NCBI GenBank assembly: GCA_963797095.1
Contig: CAWCNY010000006.1
Coordinates: 736,001 to 800,000, forward strand
DNA from: an uncultured Chloroflexia bacterium
Lineage (GTDB): Bacteria > Chloroflexota > Chloroflexia > QHBQ01 > JADMIH01
DNA: 64,000 nt
Reading direction: 5' to 3'
A program made the translations under genes and the position numbers. Position 1 is the first letter of the stretch. Each line of letters starts with the position of its first letter. Below the pieces are notes generated by a model that was not told the DNA's origin, made no database searches, and saw only the letters and a list, made by a program, of their open reading frames with translations. This document shows, piece by piece, positions 19,222-29,150 of this stretch.

Positions 19222-19380
19222 GAATCCAAATCTGTCTATTACCCCACGCTTGGGATGTGGCCTTAATGTCACAAAATGCCGCCAAAATGGGCTGTTTCCA
19301 GATGAAGTTGCTCTCCTTCTACGCACGGAAAATGAATTATGACCATGCCTCAATTAATCCACGATCTTGACGCATGGAAA

Positions 19381-19422
19381 GAGGAGCCTTTCTAATATGG
19401 GGAGGAGCCTTTCTAATATGGG
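19381..19422. repeat. 21-bp tandem duplication
   Basis: GAGGAGCCTTTCTAATATGGG x2. Confidence 0.9.
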
Positions 19423-19628
19423 ATGGGACGTGGGCAGCGCCGGGATCATTTTACCAGATCTGAGGGAATGAGCGTAGGGGAAGGACGAAGGACGACAAGT
19501 GGAGAGCACCGAGTAAGTGCGTGTTGGGGATTGTCAAAGTGCTGCCTCCGTCGTATACTGGCGGGGCTAATGGCTCTATGGCAGTGTGCCATTATATCCC
19601 TGAAGATCGGGAGGTATTGAGATCATAT

Positions 19629-21608
19629 ATGAGCGATAACACCACAGGCACAATCGAAACATTATTGCATGAAGAACGCGTATACGAGCCATCACCTGAG
19701 TTTGTGGCTCAGGCAAATATCAACGACCCCGATGTGTACGAGTGGGCCGAGCGCGACCCCGACGGCTATTGGATGGAGCAGGCGAAGCTCATAGAGTGGT
19801 TCCGGCAGCCGAAGCAGGTGCTTGAGTGGAACCCTCCATTTGCCAAATGGTTCCAGGATGGCACCCTCAACGCTTCGTATAACTGCCTGGACCGTCACCT
19901 CGCGGAGCGCGGGAACAAGACAGCATTGATCTGGGAGGGCGAGCCGGGCGATATTCGCACCCTGTCCTATTCTGACATGTACCGGGAGGTGAACCGGGCG
20001 GCCCAGATGCTCAAGAACCTGGGTGTGGGCAAGGGCGACCGGGTGGCGATTTACATGCCCATGATCCCGGAGGCGGCTATCTCGATGCTGGCCTGCGCCC
20101 GCATCGGTGCTCCTCACACGGTGGTGTTCGGGGGCTTCTCGCCCGAAGCCCTGCGCGACCGCATTATTGACGCCGAGGCCAGGCTGGTGATCACGGCGGA
20201 CGGTGGCTACAGGAGAGGCGGGGTGGTGGCCTTGAAAGCCAATACGGACGCCGCTCTCGATGCGCCCGATCTCCCTGTGGAGCACGTGCTCGTAGTGCAA
20301 CGGGTGGGCGCGGGCGTACATGGGCTGACCATGCAAGAAGGCCGGGATGTCTGGTGGCACGAGGGTCTGGCGGAAGTGCCTGAGGATACCGTCGTCGAGC
20401 CTGAGCAAGTAGATGCCGAGCACCCTCTTTTCATCCTGTACACATCGGGCACGACCGGCAAGCCGAAGGGCGTGCTGCACACGACGGGCGGTTATATGGT
20501 GGGCACCACTCTGACCACCAACTGGGTGTTTGACCTGAAAGACGATGATGTCTACTGGTGTACGGCAGACGTGGGGTGGGTGACCGGGCACTCGTACATT
20601 GTGTACGGGCCTATGTCGAACGGGGCAACCCAGGTGATGTACGAGGGCACGCCCGATTTCCCCGACAAGGATAGGTGGTGGCGGATTATCGAGAAGCACA
20701 AGGTTACGATCCTCTATACAGCACCAACCGCCATCCGCGCCTGTATGCGCTGGGGCTCCGAGTTCCCCGCGCGATGCGACCTCTCTTCATTGAGGCTGCT
20801 TGGCACAGTTGGCGAGCCGATCAACCCCGAAGCCTGGGTGTGGTACAACATCAATATAGGCAGGGAAAAGTGCCCGATTGTCGATACGTGGTGGCAGACC
20901 GAAACCGGGGCGATCATGATCACCCCTCTACCTGGGCTGGTGCCGACCAAGCCCGGAAGCGCCACAAAGCCCCTGCCGGGCATCGCGGCGCAGGTGGTGG
21001 ACGAGCATAGCAACCCTGTAGCCAAAGGGTCGGCGGGCGGCCTGCTGGTGATCAAGAAACCGTGGCCGTCCATGCTGCGTACAGTGTGGGGCGACGATGA
21101 GCGGTATATCAGCCAGTACTGGAGCAAGTTCGGCGACGCCCACGAAATTTACTTCACAGGCGATGGGGCGCGCGAGGACGAGGACGGCTACCTGTGGCTG
21201 CTGGGCAGGGTGGACGACGTGCTCAACGTGGCCGGGCACAGGCTCGGCACGATGGAGATTGAGAGCGCGCTTGTGAGCCACGTGTCGGTAGCCGAGGCGG
21301 CGGTGGTAGGCGTGTCGCACGAGATCAAGGGGCAGGGCGTGGTGGCCTTCGTCACGCCGAGGGGTGGCGTAGAGGCCGGGCCTGCGCTGGTCGAGGAATT
21401 GCGCAACCACGTGGCCGAGAAGATCGGTCCAATCGCCAAGCCCGACCGTATATACTTCACCTCCGAGCTGCCCAAGACCCGGTCGGCCAAGATCATGCGC
21501 CGCCTGTTGCGCGACATCGCCGAGGGGCGCGTGCTGGGCGACACGACCACCCTGGCCGATCCCACCGTGATGGCCGCTATCAAGCGGCAATACGAGGAGA
21601 ACGAATAG
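19629..21608 (+). CDS. acs: acetyl-CoA synthetase
   Basis: [38 protein letters not shown]. Confidence 0.96.
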   Translation: MSDNTTGTIETLLHEERVYEPSPEFVAQANINDPDVYEWAERDPDGYWMEQAKLIEWFRQPKQVLEWNPPFAKWFQDGTLNASYNCLDRHLAERGNKTALIWEGEPGDIRTLSYSDMYREVNRAAQMLKNLGVGKGDRVAIYMPMIPEAAISMLACARIGAPHTVVFGGFSPEALRDRIIDAEARLVITADGGYRRGGVVALKANTDAALDAPDLPVEHVLVVQRVGAGVHGLTMQEGRDVWWHEGLAEVPEDTVVEPEQVDAEHPLFILYTSGTTGKPKGVLHTTGGYMVGTTLTTNWVFDLKDDDVYWCTADVGWVTGHSYIVYGPMSNGATQVMYEGTPDFPDKDRWWRIIEKHKVTILYTAPTAIRACMRWGSEFPARCDLSSLRLLGTVGEPINPEAWVWYNINIGREKCPIVDTWWQTETGAIMITPLPGLVPTKPGSATKPLPGIAAQVVDEHSNPVAKGSAGGLLVIKKPWPSMLRTVWGDDERYISQYWSKFGDAHEIYFTGDGAREDEDGYLWLLGRVDDVLNVAGHRLGTMEIESALVSHVSVAEAAVVGVSHEIKGQGVVAFVTPRGGVEAGPALVEELRNHVAEKIGPIAKPDRIYFTSELPKTRSAKIMRRLLRDIAEGRVLGDTTTLADPTVMAAIKRQYEENE

Positions 21609-21725
21609 CATCTCTGACCGGCACAACACCTATAAACCGGTGCTTAATCCTGTCCAATCGCCCCTATGCAGATTAGGTCATTTGTGCTAAATTGAGGCCA
21701 CATATATCTTGCAGAGGAGTGGGAA

Positions 21726-22118
21726 AGGATAGACAGAATAAGCACCGTTTGCATCTTCGTCGCCGATCAGGTTCGCGCCAAAGAGTTCTACACAAATATC
21801 CTCGGGTTCGAGTTGCGCCAGGATTCTCCTCTTTACTCTGGAGCTGCGTCGAGATGGATTGACGTTGCTCCCGCCGGTTCGGTAACCGATGTGATCCTCT
21901 ACCTGCCCGACGAAAACTGGGAGCACTACAGGCAGGTGGTCGGCCAGTCGCAGGCCTTAACCTTCAGCGTCCCCGATATGAACGCGCTCGTTACCGACTT
22001 GAAGGCCAAATGGGTCACCTTCACACAGGAGCCTGACGTGCAGCCCTGGGGTACCTACGCCCAGATACTCAACTCAGAAGGTAACCGTCTGTTGCTGGTG
22101 GAAGAACCGAAGGGGTAG
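21726..22118 (+). CDS. VOC/glyoxalase family protein lacking a canonical start codon
   Basis: IDRISTVCIFVADQVRAKEFYTNILGFE...QPWG..EGNRLLLVE; expected ATG position reads AGG after RBS GAGGAG. Confidence 0.7.
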   Translation, partial: RIDRISTVCIFVADQVRAKEFYTNILGFELRQDSPLYSGAASRWIDVAPAGSVTDVILYLPDENWEHYRQVVGQSQALTFSVPDMNALVTDLKAKWVTFTQEPDVQPWGTYAQILNSEGNRLLLVEEPKG

Positions 22119-22142
22119 GCTGCAGTTACGGGGGCATAGGAA

Positions 22143-23006
22143 CTATGCGCCTGATCGAAGCGTCAGCAGTGTGATCTCCGGCCTGCAATTAAAGCGTACA
22201 TAGGGCTTGACCATACCGATCCCCCGGTTGGTGTATTGCAGCATATCTCCAACCTGGTAGAGCCCGCTGTGGTACTTCACGCCCAGGTAAGGCAATCGTA
22301 GCGGGCCGTAGAAAGGCACCGCCACCTGCCCGCCGTGCGAATGCCCCGATAGCTGGAGGTCGAAGCGCCCGGTAGTGGCGGATTGATCCGCAAAGTCCGG
22401 TTCATGAGCAATCAGGATCGCCGCACCCTGGTTGGGGGTCTGCGCCAGTGCCTGGTCAAGATCGTCTTGCTGCTGCCAGACATCATCCACACCTGCGATG
22501 GTCAGCAAGTCGCTGCCGCGCTCCAATGTACGAGCGGCGTTCCTTAGCTCAATGGTAGGCGTGGCTGCCAGCACTTCGCGCACGCGATCAGCGCCCTGCC
22601 AGTGGTCGTGGTTGCCGAGCACCACCAGCACTCCGTCTTTTGCCGAAAGGTAGCTGAACGTCGTAGCGATATCATCGCCTGAGCGGCGTGGGCCGGTTGT
22701 GAAGATATCGCCCGTGATCACCACAAGGTCGGCGGCCATTGCGTTGACCCTGGCGACCACATCCTGTATATGAGCGCGGGTGATCCAGCCTCCCGCGTGA
22801 ATGTCGCTGATCTGCGCGATTCGATAATTATGGAAGGAGGACGCGAGGCGTGGCAGGGTTAAGGCTACCTTTTCTATATGCACCCATTCCGGTTCAACGT
22901 CGTAGGCATAGCCCGCGCCGCCCACAGCCGCCAGGCTCGCACCAACCGATAGCTTGACCGCTTGCTTGAGAAAAGAGCGTCTGGTTAGAGCGTTCTGGTA
23001 ACGCAT
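22143..23006 (-). CDS. Tat-exported metallophosphoesterase (YkuE-like)
   Basis: TRRSFLK, SDIH, TGD, GNHD, AHEP, GHSHGGQ. Confidence 0.9.
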   Translation of the reverse strand: MRYQNALTRRSFLKQAVKLSVGASLAAVGGAGYAYDVEPEWVHIEKVALTLPRLASSFHNYRIAQISDIHAGGWITRAHIQDVVARVNAMAADLVVITGDIFTTGPRRSGDDIATTFSYLSAKDGVLVVLGNHDHWQGADRVREVLAATPTIELRNAARTLERGSDLLTIAGVDDVWQQQDDLDQALAQTPNQGAAILIAHEPDFADQSATTGRFDLQLSGHSHGGQVAVPFYGPLRLPYLGVKYHSGLYQVGDMLQYTNRGIGMVKPYVRFNCRPEITLLTLRSGA

Positions 23007-23164
23007 GGCAACATCATACCAGGGACCATGCCGCGAATCCGACGATGCGAGTGGCGCATAGATTGCACCTGAGTGCTTGACGGTGGGGCTGCCGCCGGGA
23101 AGTGACTGGAAGGCGGGCGCAGGGCACGGCTCGCCCTTACAGGCCGCTTGGGAACGCGCTATTG

Positions 23165-25948
23165 TTAGTGCTGCACCTTATACGCGATGAGGTTATTACC
23201 GTCCATCACATAAAGAGTGCCGTCTGGTGCGTAAGTCATGCCCGTTGGCGCATCCGGGAAATTGCCCGTGTCGATGTCAATATTCTGTATATTGCCGCTT
23301 TGCTTGTTGATTGAGAAGAGGCCGCCTTCCTGGCACGATACGTCGAGCCAGTTTCCGTTCTCCAGGACATACCAGGGCGAGCACGTCATCTGGAAGGTGC
23401 GCACAAACTCCCCCTGCGCGTTCAACTGATTCACGCGCCTGAATGATATCTCAGCTTCGTAGATCGTGCCATCGCCCGTGATAGCGATCCCCGCGCCGTT
23501 GTCGAAGCCTTCGGGCCGTTCGCCTATGTACTCCGTGAGCGGATTGCCCCCATCGAGGGTGTACACCTTGATGCGGCGGCCTGTCATATCCGAAACGTAC
23601 ATATTGCCGTCCGGGCCAAACGCCAGGCCAATAGATATTTGCGTCTTGTTGTTCAATTGCACTTTACGCAGGATCTGTCCGTCAGGTGTTAGCACAAGTA
23701 GAGCCACCGAAGAGTCGGCGCTGTTGTTGAGCAGGTAGAGATTGCCGCCCGGTCCGACAACGATATCGCCGGGGTGGTCAAGCGGGTTGTTCCCGTTTTC
23801 GTCGAGAACCGGCAGGGTGCGGCTCTCGCCTGTGGTTGTATCGAAAACGATGAGGCGATTGGTGTCCCAATCGGGCACGTATACTTTCCCGTCCAGGTAG
23901 GCGATGCCTCGTGAGGCATTGATCTCCTCGCCGGCGGTCCACCTGTTTATCTCCACCAGCTCGGTTTTGTGTTGAAGCTGCTCAAAGTTGGTGAAATACC
24001 AGGTGCCTCCCACCAAAAGCAGACCGACAACCCAGGTCACGCCCTGCATGGCGAATGGAAGAGGCTTATATCCGATGGAGCGTTGGGCGCGCTGCCACCG
24101 GAAAGCCAGCACGAACGCAATGGCCACTATGATTACCGCGAGGATCGTGACCCAGCCGCTGGCAGCCGGCAATTGGCGCGCTCCAAGGGGGTCCACGAAC
24201 GGGAGGATGCCCCGAAGGTCTATAGTGACCTGCCCCAACAGTGGCGGGTTGCCTACTGTGTCCTGGCCCGCATACCAGTCGAGCACCGGGTTGCCGGGCC
24301 ACATGTGGCGGGGGTCGATCAGCATCGGCCACATCAGCATGAAGCCGGGGATCGCCAGTAGCACGTAGAGGGCGCGGAAGAACCAGCTACGAGCCGCAAA
24401 GAGGGACATAGCCAGGGGAGCGGCCATGAGAGGGCAGAAAGTGGTGAGGAAGCGGGCGGGCGGGCACCAGAGGCCGTTCCAGAAGTAGAACGAGAAGATG
24501 ATGAAGAGGTAGGGGAGGGAAGTGACGGCCATCCAGGCCAGCAGGCGGCGGTCGCTGCGGCGGGCCGACCTGAACATGAAGATCAACCCGGCCACCCCCA
24601 GGATGTAGATCGGCGCGTAGATGAACAACCCGTATTTCTGGTCGAACAGGAGGCCAATAATAGAGGTGGTGAAGTGAGTGAGGTCTTCGCGGCCCTGCCA
24701 GGGCCAGAAGAAGATCTTGTCGTAGGGGCGCTCAGGCGTGCGGTTGTCGGGGAAGAGCGCGCCATAGAGAAAGAGGTTGTGCCAGATCATAAGAATACCG
24801 GAGATCACCACCGGCACAACAAGATAGGAGGTGCCGCCAAGCAGGCGGAGCAAACCTGGGCGGGCTACACTCTGCGGTTTGAGTAAATCGGTGCCGCCAA
24901 CCGTAACCTGCACGGTTTCGGTGGCGGGCATGCGCGTGAGGCGATAGTAACGCCACCACTGAACCACAGCGTAGAGGAACAGGCCCGCCGACAGGGGCAT
25001 ACAACGCCAGGCAACCCAGGGGATGGCGGCGATACAGAAGCCGATCAGCAAGCGGCGGATTGGTCCATTGGCTCCCCAGCCGAGGGCCAGCCTGCGCAGC
25101 GCGTATAACAGGAACAGCCCGCAGGTAAGCTCAGTGAAGATCAGGTAGGTATACGACATGACCGGGTTGCTGAAGGAGATCGGCAGCCACGCGGCAAAGG
25201 CGATCCACTTGATCCCGGTCAATTCATAGGCGAAAAGGAAGACATTGAGCGCGGTGATCGCACCGATCAAACACATAAAGACAATAGTGGCGGGCCACCA
25301 TAGCTGAAACAAGCCGCCGATCAACCAGGCCGGGATGATCAACACCGACATTCCAGGCCAGTGAAAGTTGTACTGCTCGTCGGCAGGGCGCGCATTGGTG
25401 AAGCCGTTGTGTGTGGGTAAGGGGTAGGGGGCCGGGATGCCTACGAAGTTCTCAGGGTGGGGGGCCATCGAGTAGAACTTGTCTTCGTCGTGGTTGGCGA
25501 ACTGGTTCGCGATATTAAGGTCGCCGTCCTGCACGATGCTCATGGTTACCATGAGATAGAACGGCTGGTCGCCCGTGGGTGGGCTATTGTAGAGAATCTG
25601 CTGGTTGACGAAGGCCAGGTAGACGCCGAGCGTGAGGAGGAACACCAGCGCCTTCCAACCCCAATGTAGGGGCGGGTGCGACAGGTCCGCGCCGGGAGCC
25701 ACCGCCGGAAGCACATAACCCTGCGAAACTGCATCACTTGCCGTTACATGTGCCGCGCCGTTGGTAGAGGGCATGGCCGGGAAATACGGCGCATCGTCGG
25801 GGTTGAGTGGGGTGGTGATTGGTGCCCTGCGCACGCCCGCATCCTGATCGTGGTCGTGGAGAGCGGTCCGCCTGGTTGGTAGCGGCGGCACATATTCGTT
25901 TGCGGCGGGAGCCTGCTGGATTTCCGACCTGTCGTCTTTTTCGATCAC
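23165..25948 (-). CDS. polytopic GT-C-like membrane protein fused to an NHL-type beta-propeller
   Basis: TGDQPFYL...DGDL loop, many TMs, WCPPARF, C-terminal NHL-like repeats; start overlaps lgt stop. Confidence 0.75.
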   Translation of the reverse strand: MIEKDDRSEIQQAPAANEYVPPLPTRRTALHDHDQDAGVRRAPITTPLNPDDAPYFPAMPSTNGAAHVTASDAVSQGYVLPAVAPGADLSHPPLHWGWKALVFLLTLGVYLAFVNQQILYNSPPTGDQPFYLMVTMSIVQDGDLNIANQFANHDEDKFYSMAPHPENFVGIPAPYPLPTHNGFTNARPADEQYNFHWPGMSVLIIPAWLIGGLFQLWWPATIVFMCLIGAITALNVFLFAYELTGIKWIAFAAWLPISFSNPVMSYTYLIFTELTCGLFLLYALRRLALGWGANGPIRRLLIGFCIAAIPWVAWRCMPLSAGLFLYAVVQWWRYYRLTRMPATETVQVTVGGTDLLKPQSVARPGLLRLLGGTSYLVVPVVISGILMIWHNLFLYGALFPDNRTPERPYDKIFFWPWQGREDLTHFTTSIIGLLFDQKYGLFIYAPIYILGVAGLIFMFRSARRSDRRLLAWMAVTSLPYLFIIFSFYFWNGLWCPPARFLTTFCPLMAAPLAMSLFAARSWFFRALYVLLAIPGFMLMWPMLIDPRHMWPGNPVLDWYAGQDTVGNPPLLGQVTIDLRGILPFVDPLGARQLPAASGWVTILAVIIVAIAFVLAFRWQRAQRSIGYKPLPFAMQGVTWVVGLLLVGGTWYFTNFEQLQHKTELVEINRWTAGEEINASRGIAYLDGKVYVPDWDTNRLIVFDTTTGESRTLPVLDENGNNPLDHPGDIVVGPGGNLYLLNNSADSSVALLVLTPDGQILRKVQLNNKTQISIGLAFGPDGNMYVSDMTGRRIKVYTLDGGNPLTEYIGERPEGFDNGAGIAITGDGTIYEAEISFRRVNQLNAQGEFVRTFQMTCSPWYVLENGNWLDVSCQEGGLFSINKQSGNIQNIDIDTGNFPDAPTGMTYAPDGTLYVMDGNNLIAYKVQH

Positions 25949-26976
25949 TGCTCGGTACCTTGCGGTTCCTGGGCCGGAAGCTTGGCCCCTGGATGCGATG
26001 GTCCGCTATCGATAGGAGCTTTCACACGACGCACGCGAGAGGGCTGCTTGCGAGGAGAGCCTGTTTCGATTGCGTAGGTGTTGGCGGAAGTGGGACGTGC
26101 CGATGTGGAAGGGCGCTTGTGCAATTCGGCGGCGGTCAGGTTGGCCTCCGAGAAGGCGGCGGTGCTGCCGGGCCTGTGGCGGATAATGAGGGCGGTCCAG
26201 CCGATAACGATAGTCAAAAGGGCCACGAGGGCGGGGGTCTTGAAGCCCGCCACGGTGGCGCTGTCCACCCTGATCTGCTCTATGATAAAGCGTCCAATCG
26301 AATAGCCGATCAAGTATACCCACAGGAGGTCGCCTTCGCGCAACTTGAGGCGCTTCTGCCTGCCGAGCCAGAAGAGGAGTCCCGCCAGGGCGAAGTCCCA
26401 GATCATCTCATAAGCGAAAGTGGGGTGGAAGCGGGCGTTGGGGTCAGGGTCCTGGATGCCCGCCACTTCGCGCTGGCGGTCGACGCTGATAGGGATGCAC
26501 CAGGGGAGGTCGCATTGTGACCCGAAAGCCTCCTGGTTGAAGAAATTGCCCCAGCGACCGATCCCTTGCGCGATTGCCAGCCCCGGCACTATGATGTCGG
26601 TCCACTTGAGGAAGGAGAGCTTGTAGCGGCGGCAGTAGAAGATGAGGGCGAGGATGCCACCAACGACTGTGCCCTGGATGCTGAGCCCGCCCTGCCTGAT
26701 ATCGAACCACCGCCCTATATCCTGGTAGGCCGGGTCGCCTATCTGCGACACGATGAAGCCGGCACGTGCGCCCACTATGCCAGCGATGAGCACCCAGGGG
26801 AACATCTGCCAGACGTGATCAGGGTCTTCGCCGCGCCTTCGCGCTTCGCGGAAGGCTACAAACGATGCCACGATCACGCCGATCATGATCATGATGCCGT
26901 ACCAATAGACGGGAATATCGATATGAAAGCCGAATATGTCGAATGGGCCTATTCTAAAGGCTTCACGGTTAGGCAT
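25945..26976 (-). CDS. lgt: prolipoprotein diacylglyceryl transferase
   Basis: WYG, GAR, GGLSIQG, GRWGNFFNQEAFG, HPTFAYE, RFIIEQIR. Confidence 0.95.
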   Translation of the reverse strand: MPNREAFRIGPFDIFGFHIDIPVYWYGIMIMIGVIVASFVAFREARRRGEDPDHVWQMFPWVLIAGIVGARAGFIVSQIGDPAYQDIGRWFDIRQGGLSIQGTVVGGILALIFYCRRYKLSFLKWTDIIVPGLAIAQGIGRWGNFFNQEAFGSQCDLPWCIPISVDRQREVAGIQDPDPNARFHPTFAYEMIWDFALAGLLFWLGRQKRLKLREGDLLWVYLIGYSIGRFIIEQIRVDSATVAGFKTPALVALLTIVIGWTALIIRHRPGSTAAFSEANLTAAELHKRPSTSARPTSANTYAIETGSPRKQPSRVRRVKAPIDSGPSHPGAKLPAQEPQGTEQ

Positions 26977-27037
26977 TTGGTCTCCTTAGCCATAAGTCGA
27001 AGTTAATGATAGCGGAGTTATTGGGGGGTGTCAAACG

Positions 27038-29026
27038 CTAATTCAACTCATTATCATACCACCAGTAGCGCCACGTGTCATAGAGAGAGGGCACGCCGCT
27101 TTCGAGGGTCACATCGTACTTGCCGTCGTAGGAGCGGGCATGTAGCTGGCCGTTGTCGATGTAAGCCATCAGGCCGGGACCGAAGCCTACTTTGTCGTAG
27201 GGCAGGAAGGTGCGAGGCACCGGGTAGCGAATTGTGAACGCCTGGGCGAGAGTGGTTTCCATGGTGTCACCGTTGAAAGGTTGGGGGGCGATTGGCATGC
27301 TCCATACCGACCAGTCCACATCCTTGCTGTCGTAATCGCTTACGTAGAGCACTCGATTAGCCGCCACGGTGAACGGGTATGAGCGCAGATAACCTGCCTT
27401 GGTAATAGCCGTCGTGATGGCAGCCTGTCCATCAGGCGAGATCGAAACAGCAGCCAGCGACCAGGCCACCAGGGTGAGGCCATCCCTTATCCCTTCGCGC
27501 CCTACCAGCACAATGCCCCCGTCGTTCTCCTGTGCTACCGTCCAGTACATGGGAGATACCACCCGGCTGCCCGCAGTGAAGGCATCGACATAAGTTATGG
27601 CAAGGGTACCATCCGGATTGGCAGGGTCAAACACGCGGACCGTGAAGCGCTCAGGGTCGAATTGCGAATAGAGGACATCGCCGGAGAATGCGCCCTGGCG
27701 TACGAAGGTGGCCGCCAGCCAGTTACTCTGATTGATGCCGAAATCGGCTGCGGCCTTCGCCAGGGTCACCGGATTTTGTGGGTTAGCCAGGTCAATTAAG
27801 ACCAGCTGCTCGCGTTCGCTTAACTGTTGCGGCCCCGGTGATGGCTCGAACGTGTTGACAAGCACATATTTGCCGTTGGGACTGATCTCCGCCGACTCTA
27901 TGCCAAGTCCGGTTGTCTCATAAATCAGGCGCGGTTCGCTCACGCCGTCAAACTGCAGTAGATAGAGCTGGATATGCGTGTCGGGGGTAATATGGCCTGA
28001 AGTCTGGTCCTCACCCGACCACTTCGCCAGCAGGATGCGATTGCTGTTGTAGTCTATATCAACCGGAAGTTGGCGGGCGTCCACGCTATCCGACACGGCA
28101 AGCGTGGCCGAGATCGCGCTATCGAAGGAGAGATAGGTAAGCGTGTAGCGGGTTTCCACGCTGCGTACTGGCGTATCCCCCAGTTCGGGCATGAGGCCGT
28201 TGAAGCCCCAACGCCCGTAGTCGTACAGCCACATGCCGGTGCTTCCGCACAGAAATTGGTCGTATTCGGAAGGGTCAATTGGAAGCTCGCGGTAATCGGA
28301 GCCTGGTTGGCCCGACAGATTGGATACGGCCAGCACGCGGCCCTTCAATTCGTAATTTTCGCCTTTGACGAAAAATGGGCCGGGAAACGGGGTTGGTATG
28401 AGGGATGCGCCCGTTGGTGCGACATCGTAGAGTACCTTGCCGTCGGCGCAGCCACCCTGCACCCGGCTGTAGCTGTCGCTATTAGGCAACCGGTGTTCGT
28501 CTATGCCGCCGGAATCGTTTGTGGCGAGGGTGTAGAGGGCGGAGGTATTGCCCTTGGTCCGCAGGATTACGGTGCCGCTCAATGCCTCACTGTATACGTT
28601 TTCCTGCGCCTCCTTGAGCATTGCGTTCGCGCCGCGATAGTCATCCTGTATCTTGTCTAGCTCGCTCAGGGTTTGCATGACGGCGATCCAGTTTTGGTCG
28701 CGCTCAAAGGCCAGGCTCCGGCCATACAGATCGTCCATTTGCTCGATCTGTTCAGACGCTCTGGCGGCTAGTGCATCGGCATCGCGGTAACCTGAGGCGG
28801 CGGTAAAATAGTCGCGTGCGGCCTGCCAGTCGTTGCGGCCGATGGCTTGCTGCCCGGCTTCGTAATTGTTCGACTGGTCCTGCTGGTGCCACCACTGCCA
28901 CCCTGCGAAGCCGGTCACCACCACAATGAGAAACAGTCCCAGCACCAGGTCGCGCCCGCGCGTGGACCCCGACCTGGGCATTGGTTCAGGGGTGAGGTCC
29001 TCAATGACGGAGATTTGATCGTCCAT
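27038..29026 (-). CDS. single-TM protein, TPR-like helices + putative propeller (IEDLxPEP family, copy 1)
   Basis: paralogous to 36828..38780 and 38802..40814. Confidence 0.8.
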   Translation of the reverse strand: MDDQISVIEDLTPEPMPRSGSTRGRDLVLGLFLIVVVTGFAGWQWWHQQDQSNNYEAGQQAIGRNDWQAARDYFTAASGYRDADALAARASEQIEQMDDLYGRSLAFERDQNWIAVMQTLSELDKIQDDYRGANAMLKEAQENVYSEALSGTVILRTKGNTSALYTLATNDSGGIDEHRLPNSDSYSRVQGGCADGKVLYDVAPTGASLIPTPFPGPFFVKGENYELKGRVLAVSNLSGQPGSDYRELPIDPSEYDQFLCGSTGMWLYDYGRWGFNGLMPELGDTPVRSVETRYTLTYLSFDSAISATLAVSDSVDARQLPVDIDYNSNRILLAKWSGEDQTSGHITPDTHIQLYLLQFDGVSEPRLIYETTGLGIESAEISPNGKYVLVNTFEPSPGPQQLSEREQLVLIDLANPQNPVTLAKAAADFGINQSNWLAATFVRQGAFSGDVLYSQFDPERFTVRVFDPANPDGTLAITYVDAFTAGSRVVSPMYWTVAQENDGGIVLVGREGIRDGLTLVAWSLAAVSISPDGQAAITTAITKAGYLRSYPFTVAANRVLYVSDYDSKDVDWSVWSMPIAPQPFNGDTMETTLAQAFTIRYPVPRTFLPYDKVGFGPGLMAYIDNGQLHARSYDGKYDVTLESGVPSLYDTWRYWWYDNELN

Positions 29027-29150
29027 GCGGGTAACACCGGGAGTCGCGGATAAACTCTCCCTATATCATATCCGCAAGGCGGAATGGAGTCCAGTTCGGA
29101 CACACATTCTCCGTCCCACCGGGGCGTTGGGCGCGCCCTGTAAGTAGAGG

